In this document: positions 32,935 through 43,309 of the stretch, piece after piece
Layout: the number at the start of each line of letters is the position of its first letter
Numbering within the stretch: position 1 is the stretch's first letter
NCBI GenBank assembly: GCA_046599085.1
Contig: JBKJHI010000066.1
Coordinates: forward strand, 1-60,378
Reading direction: 5' to 3'
Source of the DNA: Candidatus Limnocylindrales bacterium
GTDB taxonomy: Bacteria; Chloroflexota; Limnocylindria; Limnocylindrales; CSP1-4
DNA: 60,378 bases
Position numbers and translations under genes: made by a program
Notes under the pieces: model-generated
Databases searched by the model: none
Seen by the model: only the letters and a program-made list of their open reading frames with translations
Told to the model about the DNA's origin: nothing

Positions 32935-34169
32935 GTGTCGTGATCGATCGGCGCGCCCAGACGGGTCTCCAGCCCGAGGCTCGCCACCGTGCCCGCGACC
33001 AGCGCGCTGGAATCCGGGGTGAGGCGTCGGAACAGGTAGCGCACGACGTCCCGGATGGCGGCCGCGATGGGGAGCGCCAGGATCGCTCCGAGGAGGCCGG
33101 CCAGGGCGCCGCCCACGATGATCGCGAAGATCACGGCAGCCGGATGCAGCTCGACCGCGTCGCCCTGGATCTTGGGCACGAGGACGTTGTTCTCCACCTG
33201 CTGGACGAGCGTGTACAGCACGAGCGCGGCGACGACTGCCTCGACGCCGGCGGTGGCCGCCAGGAGCACGGCCGGGACCGCGGCGATGATCGGGCCGATG
33301 ATCGGCACGAGTTCGAGGATGCCGGCGATGACGGACAGCAGGATCGCGTAGCGCCCGAACACCGGATCGATGGTCACGCTGAGGATCGACAGCCCGATGA
33401 ACGTGAACACCCCGACGGTGAGCCCGAGGATGAGCTGGCCGCGGACCCATTGGCCGAAGACGCGCTCGACAAGCCGGACGATGGCCCACGTATCGAAGCG
33501 CCACGTGGCCGGGAGCGCTGCGTCGAAGCGGTCCGTCAGGGTCACCCGGTCCTTGAGCAGGTAGAAGACCCACACCGGGAGCAGCAGATAGCCGAAGAGG
33601 GCACCGATGAGCCCGCCCGCACCGGTCAGGACAGGCAGCAGGAGTCCGATGTCGATGTTCGGGACGACGCCACCACCGTCCGTGCCGAGGGCCAGCAGGA
33701 ACGCGTCGATGCGCTCCCGGACGACGTCCGGCAGCTGGAGCCGCGCGTAGACCTCGCCGAGACGCTCGAACTGCGATTGGAGCTGCACGGCCAGGCCCGG
33801 CAGGTCCTCGATGAACCGTGCGATCTCGTCGATCAGCGGTGTCAGCGTGAGGTTGAGGAACTCCACGAAAAGGACGAACGAGGCGACATAGACCGCGATG
33901 ATCGCCAGCGTGCGTCGGAGGCCGCGCCGGACGAGCCAGCGCACGGGCGGATCGAGCAGGTAGACGAAGAGCAGGCCGACGACGAACGGCCGCACGCTGT
34001 CGCGGGCCATCCATAGCAGCAGGCCGATGCCGATGACCGCCACCAGGAGCACGGCCACGCGCGGCGACAGCGCCGCCAGCCGCGGCGCATCCGCAGGGCC
34101 GGCCGGATCGACGAACGGCGGCGGAGGGAGCGAGGGCGTCAGGGCTGCGGCCCGCTCGCTGTCGTGCAT
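32931..34169 (-). CDS. AI-2E family (UPF0118) transporter
   Basis: YLLDPPVRWL, WVRGQL, ELVPIIGP, QQVENNVLVPKIQGDAVELHP, GAILALP. Confidence 0.92.
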   Translation of the reverse strand: MHDSERAAALTPSLPPPPFVDPAGPADAPRLAALSPRVAVLLVAVIGIGLLLWMARDSVRPFVVGLLFVYLLDPPVRWLVRRGLRRTLAIIAVYVASFVLFVEFLNLTLTPLIDEIARFIEDLPGLAVQLQSQFERLGEVYARLQLPDVVRERIDAFLLALGTDGGGVVPNIDIGLLLPVLTGAGGLIGALFGYLLLPVWVFYLLKDRVTLTDRFDAALPATWRFDTWAIVRLVERVFGQWVRGQLILGLTVGVFTFIGLSILSVTIDPVFGRYAILLSVIAGILELVPIIGPIIAAVPAVLLAATAGVEAVVAALVLYTLVQQVENNVLVPKIQGDAVELHPAAVIFAIIVGGALAGLLGAILALPIAAAIRDVVRYLFRRLTPDSSALVAGTVASLGLETRLGAPIDHDT

Positions 34170-34189
34170 CGTGCCGCAGACTACCAGAG

Positions 34190-34933
34190 GTGGACGGCCG
34201 CCCAGACCCTGCATCGGACCCGCTGCCCGCGCCCGCGCCGCCCCCAGCGAGGCAGCGCTGGCGGCTGGTGGTCGGGCGTGCTGCCGACGCACCCCGCCTG
34301 GCCCAGCGCGAGGTGACGGATGCATGGCTGGCCGCGTTCGAGCTGGCGGCGTTGCCCGTCGCCCGGAGCGAGGGGGCGGCGGCGCGGCCGCGGATCTCGT
34401 TCGGGGCCCCGTTGCCACTCGGCATGGCGGCGGAGGGCGAATTGATCGATGTCGTGCTCACGGATCGTTGGCCAGCCTGGCGCCTGCGGGAGGCGCTGGA
34501 GCCCGTCATGCCCGAGGGGTGGCGGCTCGAGCGGCTGGAGGACGTGTGGCTCGGTGGGCAGCCGCTGGCCGGTCGGGTGGCAGCGGCCGACCACCGCATC
34601 ACACTGGCTGCCTCAGGACCGTCCGTCCCGGCCGAAGCGCTGCGCACCGCGTGCGCTCACCTCCTGCAGGCGTCGGCGCTCCCTCGCGAGCGAGCCAAGG
34701 GCGACCGCCTCGTGGCGTACGACCTGCGGCCGCTGCTGCTCGACGTGCAGGTGACGGACGACGGGCCGCCGATCGAGCTCGTCACGCGAACGCGATTCCA
34801 CCCGGAGCTCGGGACCGGGCGACCAGAAGAGGTCGTGGCGGCACTCTCGGATGTGGTCGGCGCGTCACTGCAGGTCGATGCGATCGTTCGCGTGCGCCTG
34901 CTTCTCGCCGACGACCTCGACCCGCTCGATTGA
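34190..34933 (+). CDS. TIGR03936/DUF2344 radical SAM-associated protein
   Basis: LPVARSEG...PRISFGAPLPLGMAAEGE..DV, YDLRP, GRPEEVV. Confidence 0.82.
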   Translation: MDGRPDPASDPLPAPAPPPARQRWRLVVGRAADAPRLAQREVTDAWLAAFELAALPVARSEGAAARPRISFGAPLPLGMAAEGELIDVVLTDRWPAWRLREALEPVMPEGWRLERLEDVWLGGQPLAGRVAAADHRITLAASGPSVPAEALRTACAHLLQASALPRERAKGDRLVAYDLRPLLLDVQVTDDGPPIELVTRTRFHPELGTGRPEEVVAALSDVVGASLQVDAIVRVRLLLADDLDPLD

Positions 34934-34959
34934 CCGGATCGGCCGTTCGGCCGTACACT
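34930..34959 (+). promoter_or_regulatory. sigma70-type promoter of rplU-rpmA
   Basis: TTGACC-18 nt-TACACT. Confidence 0.6.
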
Positions 34960-35061
34960 CCGTCGTCCGCGTCCCGGCATGCCGGGCGCCATCCCCATGT
35001 CCGACAGCCCGATCGCGACGCGCGTCGCTGAGCCGTCGCCACGAAGAAGTCCTGAGGATCC

Positions 35062-35748
35062 ATGTACGCAGTCATCGAGACCGGCGGGAAACAGTACCGC
35101 GTCGAGGTCGGCACGGAGCTCGAGGTCGAGCTGCTCGACGCAGAGCCCGGCAAGACGATCACGCTCGACCGCGTGCTGCTCGTCGCCGACGGCGACGAGT
35201 CGACCATCGGCCAGCCGCTGGTCGCGGGCGCCGCGGTCAGTGCCGAGGTCCTGCGCCAGGACCGTGGAGAGAAGCTGATCTCCTTCAAGTACCGTCCCAA
35301 GGCGCGCAGCCGCGTGACGAAGGGCCATCGCCAGGACCTGCTCGTCCTGCGCATCAGCGACATCGTGCTCGGCGGCAAGAGTGCAGCCAAGGCCGCCGCG
35401 AAGGCCGAGTCCGACGCCAAGACCGAGCGCCAGCGCCTCGAGGAAGTCGCCACGGCCCAGGCGGCCCGCGACGCCGAGCTCGCGGCCAAGCTGGCCGCGG
35501 CCAACAAGCCGAAGGCGGCCGCCACGGCCTCCTCGACCAAGGCCGACAGCACGGCCAAGGACAGCACCACGACCAAGGCCACCAAGGCTGATGCGCCTGC
35601 CAAGGCGACGAAGGCCAGCGGCAAGGCGACGGCCGCGCCCAAGACGACGACACGCGCCAAGGCTGCCAAGGCCGACGCGCCATCGGCTGATGCCGGCGCG
35701 GCACCCAAGAAGGCCGCCAAGCCGCGCGCCACGAAGAAGGACGAGTAA
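35062..35748 (+). CDS. rplU: 50S ribosomal protein L21 with long Ala/Lys-rich C-terminal extension
   Basis: [14 protein letters not shown]...FKYRPK...GHRQ. Confidence 0.96.
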   Translation: MYAVIETGGKQYRVEVGTELEVELLDAEPGKTITLDRVLLVADGDESTIGQPLVAGAAVSAEVLRQDRGEKLISFKYRPKARSRVTKGHRQDLLVLRISDIVLGGKSAAKAAAKAESDAKTERQRLEEVATAQAARDAELAAKLAAANKPKAAATASSTKADSTAKDSTTTKATKADAPAKATKASGKATAAPKTTTRAKAAKADAPSADAGAAPKKAAKPRATKKDE

Positions 35749-35750
35749 CG

Positions 35751-36026
35751 ATGGCCCACAAGAAGGCAGGCGGCAGCGTCAAGAACGGCCGCGACAGCGC
35801 TGGCCAGCGTCTTGGCGTCAAGTGCGGCGACGGCCAGCTCGTGCCGGCCGGCTCGATCATCGTCCGCCAGCGCGGGATGACGTTCCTGTCAGGACCCGGT
35901 ACGGGCCTTGGCAGGGATTACACCGTGTTCGCGACGGTCACCGGCCGGGTGAAGTTCGAGCACGCGACCAAGAACAAGAAGCGCATCCGGGTCGAGGCGG
36001 CCGAGACCGTCGCGGCGTCGGCCTGA
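35751..36026 (+). CDS. rpmA: 50S ribosomal protein L27
   Basis: [22 protein letters not shown]...GSIIVRQRG. Confidence 0.97.
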   Translation: MAHKKAGGSVKNGRDSAGQRLGVKCGDGQLVPAGSIIVRQRGMTFLSGPGTGLGRDYTVFATVTGRVKFEHATKNKKRIRVEAAETVAASA

Positions 36027-36108
36027 CGGCCGGACCCCACCGGACATAGCCGGCGATCACCGGCGAGGCGATGGCCTCGCACGGACGACGTCGGAGGAGA
36101 GAGACCCC

Positions 36109-36321
36109 GTGAAGCCGGACATCCATCCCAAGTACTTCGAGTCCAAGGTGCACTGCGGTTCGTGCGGCGCCGACTGGACGGTGGGTTCCACCCGTCCAGA
36201 GCTGCGCGTCGACGTGTGCTCCAACTGCCACCCGTTCTTCACGGGCAAGCAGACCATCATCGACACCGCTGGGCAGGTCGAGCGCTTCCAGAAGCGACTG
36301 GAGCGCACCACCCGCGCCTGA
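36109..36321 (+). CDS. rpmE: 50S ribosomal protein L31 (zinc-binding type)
   Basis: MKPDIHPKY..CGSCG...VDVCSNCHPFFTGKQ...GQVERF. Confidence 0.96.
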   Translation: MKPDIHPKYFESKVHCGSCGADWTVGSTRPELRVDVCSNCHPFFTGKQTIIDTAGQVERFQKRLERTTRA

Positions 36322-36427
36322 GCGATCAGGCGCCGCGTGGCGAACCAACGGGCGGGCCTCGACGGGCCGGCCGTCGGGATTCCCGGAGGCCGGGCCGGAT
36401 GGGTCCGGCCGAGTAGACTTCCCTGCG

Positions 36428-37408
36428 ATGCCCAACTACGCATACGGGGGCCAGGCCCTCATGGAAGGTGTGCTCATGCGCGGTCGCGATGCGATCGCCG
36501 TGGCGCTGCGCCATCCGGATGGGCGGATCGTGGTCGCCACGGAGCGCCTGGAGTCGGGCATCCACGGCAAGCCGTATGCGAAGTGGCCCCTCGTCCGCGG
36601 CCTCGTCGTGCTGTACGAGACCCTCGTCATCGGGACGCGCTGGCTCGTCCGCAGCGCGAACGTGCAGGCCGAGGAGGACGACGTCGAGCTCGGCAAGGGC
36701 TCCATCGCGGTGATGCTGCTCGTGACCTTCGCGGTCGCCATCGCGGTCTTCAGCCTCCTGCCGTTGTTCATCTCGAGCGTCGCGACCCAGGGCGTGGAGG
36801 CAGGTTGGGCCCAGCCGGCCCTTGAGGGCGTCATCCAGGTCGGGATCTTCCTGGCTTACCTGACCCTCGTCTCGCGGACCCCCGACATCCGCCGCGTCTT
36901 CCAGTACCACGGCGCCGAACACATGACGATCCACGCACTTGAGGCCGGCGATCCGCTGACGGTCGATGCGGTGCGCAAGTACCCCACCGCGCACCATCGC
37001 TGTGGCACGGAATTCCTCGTGGTGCTCGTGATGCTCTCGATCTTCACGTTCTCGCTGGTCGGCCGGCAGGAGCCGCTCGTGATGATCGCCAGCCGCCTCA
37101 TCGGTATCCCGGTCCTCGCAGCGGTCGGGTACGAGGTCCTGCGCTTCGGGGCTCGCCACCGCCACAACCCGCTGGTGCGGGTGATCATGTACCCGGGGAT
37201 CCTCGTCCAGATGATCACGACCAAGCGGCCGAGCGACGACATGATCGAGGTCGCGATCACGAGCATGGAGGAGGCCCTCGTCGCGGACGGGAACGCCATC
37301 CCCGCCGGGTCTGAAGCGTTCGACCGGGCGCCGATGCGCCTCGGGCCGAAACCGGCCAGCACGGGCGAGCCGCCGATCGAAGCGAGCGAGCCGCCGATCG
37401 AGCCATGA
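36428..37408 (+). CDS. DUF1385 family membrane protein
   Basis: GGQALMEGVLMR, VFQYHGAEH, HHRCGTEF, ITTKRP. Usual position between rpmE and prfA. Confidence 0.92.
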   Translation: MPNYAYGGQALMEGVLMRGRDAIAVALRHPDGRIVVATERLESGIHGKPYAKWPLVRGLVVLYETLVIGTRWLVRSANVQAEEDDVELGKGSIAVMLLVTFAVAIAVFSLLPLFISSVATQGVEAGWAQPALEGVIQVGIFLAYLTLVSRTPDIRRVFQYHGAEHMTIHALEAGDPLTVDAVRKYPTAHHRCGTEFLVVLVMLSIFTFSLVGRQEPLVMIASRLIGIPVLAAVGYEVLRFGARHRHNPLVRVIMYPGILVQMITTKRPSDDMIEVAITSMEEALVADGNAIPAGSEAFDRAPMRLGPKPASTGEPPIEASEPPIEP

Positions 37409-38505
37409 GCGACCTCGACGCCAAGCTCGCCGAGATCGCGCTCCAATACGATCAGGTGCAGGTCGATCTCGGGCGACCGGAGGTCACCTCCGACCCGAAC
37501 GAGATCCGACGCCTCGGGCGCGAACTGGCCCGCCTCGAACCCGTGGTCGAGGCCTATCGACGCCTGCTTGCCACCCGCGAGGAGCTTGCCGGAGCCCGCG
37601 AGCTGCGCGACCAGGCCGAGGCTGACGACGAGATGAAGGCCATGGCGCGCGATGAGATCGACCGGCTGGAGGCCGATGAGACGCGACTCGTCGAGGAACT
37701 CAAGGTCCTGCTGCTGCCGCGCGACCCCAACGACGACCGGGACGTCATCCTCGAGGTGCGTGCCGGTGCCGGCGGCGACGAGGCCGCCCTGTTCGCCGCG
37801 GAGCTGCTGCGCATGTACACCCGCTACGCCCAGCGCCACCGGTTCGCGCCGGAGGTCCTGAGTGTCAGTGAGACTGGCATCGACGGTATCAAGGAGGCCA
37901 TCGTCAACGTTCGCGGCGATGGCGCGTACAGCCGGCTCAAGTTCGAGGGCGGGGTCCACCGCGTCCAGCGCATCCCGGCGACCGAGTCCAGTGGCCGGAT
38001 CCATACCAGTACCGTGACGGTCGTGGTCATGCCCGAGGCCGACGAGGTCGAGATCACGATCGATGAGGAGCGCGACCTGCGCATCGAGGTCAAGCGCGCG
38101 TCCGGGCCGGGAGGCCAGTCCGTCAACACGACCGACTCAGCCGTGCGCATCACCCATTTCCCGTCGGGCCTCGTGGTCGAGATCCAGGACGAGAAGAGCC
38201 AGCACAAGAACAAGGCCAAGGCGATGTCCGTGCTGCGGTCGCGCCTGCTCGACCTGCAGATCCAGGAGCAGCGGGCGGCGGACTCGGCGGCCCGCAAGTC
38301 GATGGTCGGGGGCGGTGACCGGAGCGACAAGGTGCGGACCTACAACTTCCCGCAGGACCGCGTGACCGACCATCGGATCGGCAAGACCGTCCACAACATC
38401 CCGAGCATCATGGCCGGCGAGATCGACGATCTCATCGACGCCCTGATCATGGCGGACCAGGCCGAGCGCCTGTCGTCAGTGACCGGTATCGATGACGACG
38501 CTTGA
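37405..38505 (+). CDS. prfA: Peptide chain release factor 1
   Basis: RAGAGGDEAALF, HRVQRIPATES (PAT), SGPGGQSVN, RTYNFPQDRVTDHR. Confidence 0.97.
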   Translation: MSDLDAKLAEIALQYDQVQVDLGRPEVTSDPNEIRRLGRELARLEPVVEAYRRLLATREELAGARELRDQAEADDEMKAMARDEIDRLEADETRLVEELKVLLLPRDPNDDRDVILEVRAGAGGDEAALFAAELLRMYTRYAQRHRFAPEVLSVSETGIDGIKEAIVNVRGDGAYSRLKFEGGVHRVQRIPATESSGRIHTSTVTVVVMPEADEVEITIDEERDLRIEVKRASGPGGQSVNTTDSAVRITHFPSGLVVEIQDEKSQHKNKAKAMSVLRSRLLDLQIQEQRAADSAARKSMVGGGDRSDKVRTYNFPQDRVTDHRIGKTVHNIPSIMAGEIDDLIDALIMADQAERLSSVTGIDDDA

Positions 38506-40807
38506 CGCGACCGATGTCACGTTCCTGCCACCCGGCTCCTCGTCGATCGTGCGCGCCACCGACCTCGGCTCGGTCCAGGTGCTCAAGCACGGCAACCTGT
38601 ACCTCCTGACCGACCCGTTCGGTGACATCCACCCCGATTCGCGTGGCCTTGGCCTGTACCGCGGCGACACACGGATCCTGTCGTCGTCGGTCCTGCGGGT
38701 CGGTGGCGAGCGTCCCGTCCTGCTCGCGAACTCGGTCGCGGCGAACTACCGCGGCACGACCCAGCTGACCAACCCAAGCGCCGATCGCAACCCGGCCTCG
38801 AAGACCGAAACGACCGCGGAATCGGAAGCGAGCCCGCTTGACGAACTCGTGGGACGGACGATCGGGATCACCCGCGAACGCCTGATCGGCGACGGTGGTG
38901 TCGAGGAGCGAGTGCGCGTCGTCAATCACGGCGCCCAGCCCCGGCGCGTGCCGATCGAGCTCGTCCTTGGCGCCGACGCGGCCGACATCTTCGAAGTGCG
39001 CGGGTACCCGAGGGACGGCAGGGGGGTGCAGCGCCCCGTGGCCGTCGAGGGGACTCGCCTGACGTTCCGCTATGACGGTCTTGACGGCACGGAGCGACTC
39101 ACCCACATCGCCTGCCTGGAGGCGCCGGCGTCGATCGCACCGGAGCCGCCGGATTCGCCGAGCGGCGGGGCCGTCCGCCTGACCTGGTCGGTCGTCCTGG
39201 AGCCCGGTGCCACGGTCGAGCGCAGGTGGACCGTGTGGGCCACGGACCGACCGATCCCGGCCGCAGCTGCCGCCGACGAGGCCACCGCGACGGCGGCGCA
39301 GCCATCGAAGCGGGAACGCGAGGCCCTGTTCCCGCCGGTGCCCAGCATCAGCGCCGACGATGGCGCGCGGGCGTACGAGGCGTGGGCCAGCGGCACGACG
39401 ACCATCAGCAGCGATCACGAGCTGTTCAACCTCGTGCTGCGCCGATCTGCAGCCGACCTCCGGCTGCTCATCAACGAGGGCCCGGGCCCCGACGAGCGCT
39501 ACATCGCGGCCGGCGTCCCGTGGTTCGCGACGCTGTTCGGGCGGGACTCGCTGATCGCCGCGTACCAGGCGCTGGCGTTCCGGCCGCAGCTCGCCGTCGA
39601 GACGCTGACCGTGCTGGCGGCCTACCAGGCGACGGAGGTGGACGACTGGCGCGACGCCGAGCCGGGCAAGATCCTGCATGAGCTGCGGACCGGCGAGATG
39701 GCCGGGGCCGGGGAGCTGCCGCATACGCCCTACTACGGCTCGGTGGACTCGACGCCGCTGTGGCTCGTCGTGCTGGCGGCGACCTACGACTGGACCGGTG
39801 ATCGCGCGCTCGTCGATCGCCTGTGGCCGAATGCCCTGGCCGCCCTCGACTGGATCGACCGCTACGGCGATCGCGACGGTGATGGGTTCATCGAGTACGA
39901 ACGTCGCTCCGAGCGCGGGCTGCTCAACCAGGGCTGGAAGGATTCCAGCGATGCGATCCGCGATCGCCACGGCGTCGAGGCGGCACCGCCGATCGCCCTC
40001 GCCGAGGTCCAGGGCTACGTGTACGACGCATGGCGGCGGATGGCCCCGCTGGCGCGCCTGCGCGGCGAGGACGAGCTTGCCGCCCGGCTGGAAGCGCAGG
40101 CCGAGGCGCTGCGCGAGCGATTCGAGGCGACGTTCTGGATCGAGGACCAGCGTTACTACGCCATGGCCCTCGATGCGGACAAGCGACCGGCCGACGCGAT
40201 CGGCAGCAACGCCGGTCAATGCCTGTGGTCCGGCATCGTCGCGCCGGACCGGGCACGCGACGTGGCCGACCGGCTGCTGGGGCCCGCGATGTTCTCCGGC
40301 TGGGGGATCCGCACGTACGCGGCCGACCAGGCCGGCTACAACCCCATCGGCTACCACACGGGCACGGTCTGGCCGCACGACACGTCGCTCATCGCGGCCG
40401 GGCTCAAGCGGTACGGCTTCGATGACGCCTCTAACACCCTGGTCGGACGCGTGCTGCAGGCGGCCCAGCGATTCGACGACGACCGGCTCCCGGAGTTGTT
40501 CTGCGGGTTCGAGCGCGACGAGGCGACGGCGCCCGTGCCGTATCCGGTCGCGTGCTCGCCGCAGGCCTGGGCCGCCGCTGCCCCGTTCCTGTTCGTGACG
40601 ACCATGCTCGGCCTGCACCCTCACGCCGACCGGGGGGAGATGGAGCTGATCCATCCGAACCTGCCCGACTGGCTGAACAAGGTGACGCTGCACGACCTGC
40701 GCATCGGCGATGCATCGGTCGACCTGCTGTTCCATCGCTGGCGCGGAACGACCAGCGCCGAGGTCCTGCGCAAGAGCGGCGACGTCGCCGTCACGATCCG
40801 GCTCTGA
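38492..40807 (+). CDS. Amylo-alpha-1,6-glucosidase / glycogen debranching-type glycoside hydrolase
   Basis: AGVPWFATLFGRDSLI, EPGKILHELR, YYGSVDSTPL, NQGWKDS, YHTGTVWPHD, RLPELFCG, CSPQAW. Confidence 0.9.
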   Translation: MTTLDATDVTFLPPGSSSIVRATDLGSVQVLKHGNLYLLTDPFGDIHPDSRGLGLYRGDTRILSSSVLRVGGERPVLLANSVAANYRGTTQLTNPSADRNPASKTETTAESEASPLDELVGRTIGITRERLIGDGGVEERVRVVNHGAQPRRVPIELVLGADAADIFEVRGYPRDGRGVQRPVAVEGTRLTFRYDGLDGTERLTHIACLEAPASIAPEPPDSPSGGAVRLTWSVVLEPGATVERRWTVWATDRPIPAAAAADEATATAAQPSKREREALFPPVPSISADDGARAYEAWASGTTTISSDHELFNLVLRRSAADLRLLINEGPGPDERYIAAGVPWFATLFGRDSLIAAYQALAFRPQLAVETLTVLAAYQATEVDDWRDAEPGKILHELRTGEMAGAGELPHTPYYGSVDSTPLWLVVLAATYDWTGDRALVDRLWPNALAALDWIDRYGDRDGDGFIEYERRSERGLLNQGWKDSSDAIRDRHGVEAAPPIALAEVQGYVYDAWRRMAPLARLRGEDELAARLEAQAEALRERFEATFWIEDQRYYAMALDADKRPADAIGSNAGQCLWSGIVAPDRARDVADRLLGPAMFSGWGIRTYAADQAGYNPIGYHTGTVWPHDTSLIAAGLKRYGFDDASNTLVGRVLQAAQRFDDDRLPELFCGFERDEATAPVPYPVACSPQAWAAAAPFLFVTTMLGLHPHADRGEMELIHPNLPDWLNKVTLHDLRIGDASVDLLFHRWRGTTSAEVLRKSGDVAVTIRL

Positions 40808-40824
40808 CGACAGCGATCGGCCTG

Positions 40825-41751
40825 ATGCCCACGACCCGAGAACTGATCGATGACGCCGCCGGCGCCCTGCGCGCCGTGGGTATCGAGACCCCACGGCTGG
40901 ATGCCGAGCTGCTGCTGGCGATGGCCATCGGCGTGGATCGAACCGCGGTCGTGGCCCACGGCGATGCACGGGTAGGGGCCGATGCCGAGCGCACGTTCCG
41001 TGCCGCGGTGGAGCGCCGGGTCGGCGGCGAGCCGATCGCCTACATCCGCGGCCTGCGCGAATTCCACGGCGTCGCCCTCGTCGCCGACGCGCGGGCGCTC
41101 ATCCCTCGACCGGAGACAGAGGCCCTGGTGGACATGGCCGTGACCGAGGTCATGGCCCGCCTTGGCCGCGCGTCGACCGCGGTTTCCACCCGGGATCCAG
41201 GCCTGGCCGATGACGCGGCGCCGATCCGCGTCGCCGACGTCGGCACCGGCAACGGTGCCATCGCCATCGCCCTGGCCATCGCGATCCGTGCCCGCCGGGT
41301 ACCGCTCGACGCGGTCGAGATCCTCGCGACGGACATCTCGCCCGATGCGCTGGACCTCGCCCGCGAGAACGCCGTCGCGCACGGCGTGGGTGACCGCGTC
41401 CGCTTCACCGCAGCGGACCTGCTGCCCCCAGACGCGGGACCGTTCGACGTCGTGATCGCGAACCTGCCGTACATCGCCACCGGCGCCCTCGCCGATCTGC
41501 CCGCGCCGGTCCAGCACGAACCTCGGATCGCTCTCGATGGCGGTGCGGACGGCCTCGACCTGATCGATGCCATGCTGCAGCGCCTGCCTGATGTACTCCG
41601 CCCCGGCGGTGTCGCGCTGTTCGAGATCGGGGCCGACCAGGGCGAGACCGCCGCATCGCGCATCGCAGAACGGCTGGCCTCCTGGCCGGCCCGCGTCGAA
41701 CGTGATCTCGCCGGGCTGCCGCGCATCGCCGTCGTCGAGCGAGCCGCCTGA
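40825..41751 (+). CDS. prmC: Release factor glutamine methyltransferase PrmC/HemK
   Basis: PRLDAELLL, GEPIAYI, ALIPRPETE, DVGTGNG, ANLPYI, ALDGGADGL, FEIG. Confidence 0.94.
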   Translation: MPTTRELIDDAAGALRAVGIETPRLDAELLLAMAIGVDRTAVVAHGDARVGADAERTFRAAVERRVGGEPIAYIRGLREFHGVALVADARALIPRPETEALVDMAVTEVMARLGRASTAVSTRDPGLADDAAPIRVADVGTGNGAIAIALAIAIRARRVPLDAVEILATDISPDALDLARENAVAHGVGDRVRFTAADLLPPDAGPFDVVIANLPYIATGALADLPAPVQHEPRIALDGGADGLDLIDAMLQRLPDVLRPGGVALFEIGADQGETAASRIAERLASWPARVERDLAGLPRIAVVERAA

Positions 41752-42659
41752 TGCCCTCCCCCGAGCCGCTGCTCCCGATCCGCCTCATCGCCCTCGATAT
41801 CGATGGGACGCTCATCGGTGATGACCTCGCCCTGGGACCGCGGACCCGCGCGGCGATCCGGGCCGCGCTCGACCGGGATGTCGCGGTCTCCCTGGCCACC
41901 GGCCGGATGGTGTCCAGCGCCATGCGCTTCGCCAGTGAACTCGGCTTGACCGGCCCTATCGTCGGGTACCAGGGCGGCCTGATCCGATCCATGCCCCTGC
42001 CGGGTTCCCGACGGCTCGGCAAGCTCCTCGTCCACACGCCGCTGCCGGCGACCGTGGCGCAGGCGATCATCGGCTGGGCGCGCGAGCACGACCTGGACCC
42101 GCACGCGAACCACCTGGAGCGGTTCATCCTCCGTGCCGATGATCCCCGCGCGGACGACTACTCCCAGTTCATGGGAGCGAAGGCCGAACTCGTCGACGAC
42201 CTCGTCGCGGCGATCGACCACCCGGTCACGAAGATCATCGCTGTCGCCGAGCCGCCGCTGCCCGATCGCATGGCTCCGCTCGCGCGCGCCGCCTTCCTGG
42301 GCGTGGCCGACGTGACCATCTCCCACCCGCGGTTCCTCGAGTTCGTCGCGCCCGGGACGTCCAAGGGTCGGGCGGTCCGTTGGCTGGCCCGCCGGCTGCG
42401 CGTGCCGCTGGGTGCCACGCTCGCCATCGGCGACCAGTGGAACGACCTGGAGATGCTGAGCGAGGTGGGCCATGGCGCGGCGATGCCGACCGCACCGGCC
42501 GGGGTCCAGGCCGTGGCCCGCTATATCGCCGAGCCCCTGGGGGACGAGGGCGCGGCTCAGCTCATCGAGGCGCTCGTGCTGGCCGATCCGGATGACGCCG
42601 TCGTGCACGCGCGGCGGCTCGCTGGCGAGGCCGTGGAACGCCGAGGATCCGTGGCATGA
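41751..42659 (+). CDS. Cof-type HAD-IIB hydrolase
   Basis: IALDIDGTL, LATGR, SKGRA, AIGDQWNDLEML. Confidence 0.92.
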   Translation: MPSPEPLLPIRLIALDIDGTLIGDDLALGPRTRAAIRAALDRDVAVSLATGRMVSSAMRFASELGLTGPIVGYQGGLIRSMPLPGSRRLGKLLVHTPLPATVAQAIIGWAREHDLDPHANHLERFILRADDPRADDYSQFMGAKAELVDDLVAAIDHPVTKIIAVAEPPLPDRMAPLARAAFLGVADVTISHPRFLEFVAPGTSKGRAVRWLARRLRVPLGATLAIGDQWNDLEMLSEVGHGAAMPTAPAGVQAVARYIAEPLGDEGAAQLIEALVLADPDDAVVHARRLAGEAVERRGSVA

Positions 42660-43309
42660 CGTCCGACGCGCCCATCGTCCTCGACGACGACGCTGGACGA
42701 ACCCGGGCGATCGATGTCCTGCGCTCGGGTGGCGTCGTCGCCCTGCCGACCGACACGGTCTACGGGATCGCCGTCGCGCTCGACACGCCCGGCGGCATCG
42801 AGCGCCTGTTCGAGATCAAGCGACGTTCGCCGGACAAGGCCATCGCCCTGCTCATCGATGACGTCGAGCAAGCAGCCGAGCTCGCCACCGTGCCCCCCGC
42901 GGCACACGTGCTCGCCGCCGCCCATTGGCCCGGCGGGATGACCCTCGTCCTGCGTCAGCGCGGCGACGTGCCGTTCCCCAGCGTCCTGACCAGCGGCACC
43001 GCGACGATCGGCCTGCGGGTGCCCGCGCACGACGGTCCGCGCGCCCTGGCTCGCGGCGTCGGGCCGCTGCCGACGACCTCGGCCAATGTGTCCGGTCTGC
43101 CGGAAGCGCCGGATGCCGGTGCGATCCGCGACCAGCTGGGGGACCGCATCGAGCTCATCCTCGACGGCGGGCTGGCCCGCTCGGCCGTCGCCTCGACCGT
43201 CGTCGACGTCAGCGTCGAGCGGCCGCGCATCCTGCGCGTCGGCGCGATCGATCCGGCGGCCATCGCGGCCGTTCTCGACGCGGCCGGCATCGAGCACGAC
43301 GTCCGCTAG
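42656..43309 (+). CDS. tsaC: L-threonylcarbamoyladenylate synthase (Sua5/YrdC)
   Basis: VALPTDTVYG, IKRR, WPGGMTLVL, TTSANVSG, ASTVVD. Confidence 0.93.
   Translation: MTSDAPIVLDDDAGRTRAIDVLRSGGVVALPTDTVYGIAVALDTPGGIERLFEIKRRSPDKAIALLIDDVEQAAELATVPPAAHVLAAAHWPGGMTLVLRQRGDVPFPSVLTSGTATIGLRVPAHDGPRALARGVGPLPTTSANVSGLPEAPDAGAIRDQLGDRIELILDGGLARSAVASTVVDVSVERPRILRVGAIDPAAIAAVLDAAGIEHDVR

Noticed and set aside
32278-34647. 789-aa giant J-domain protein as given by the ORF track
   Set aside because: The upstream part is an off-frame overlap with the AI-2E gene. The real gene most plausibly starts at GTG 32934, overlapping the AI-2E stop.
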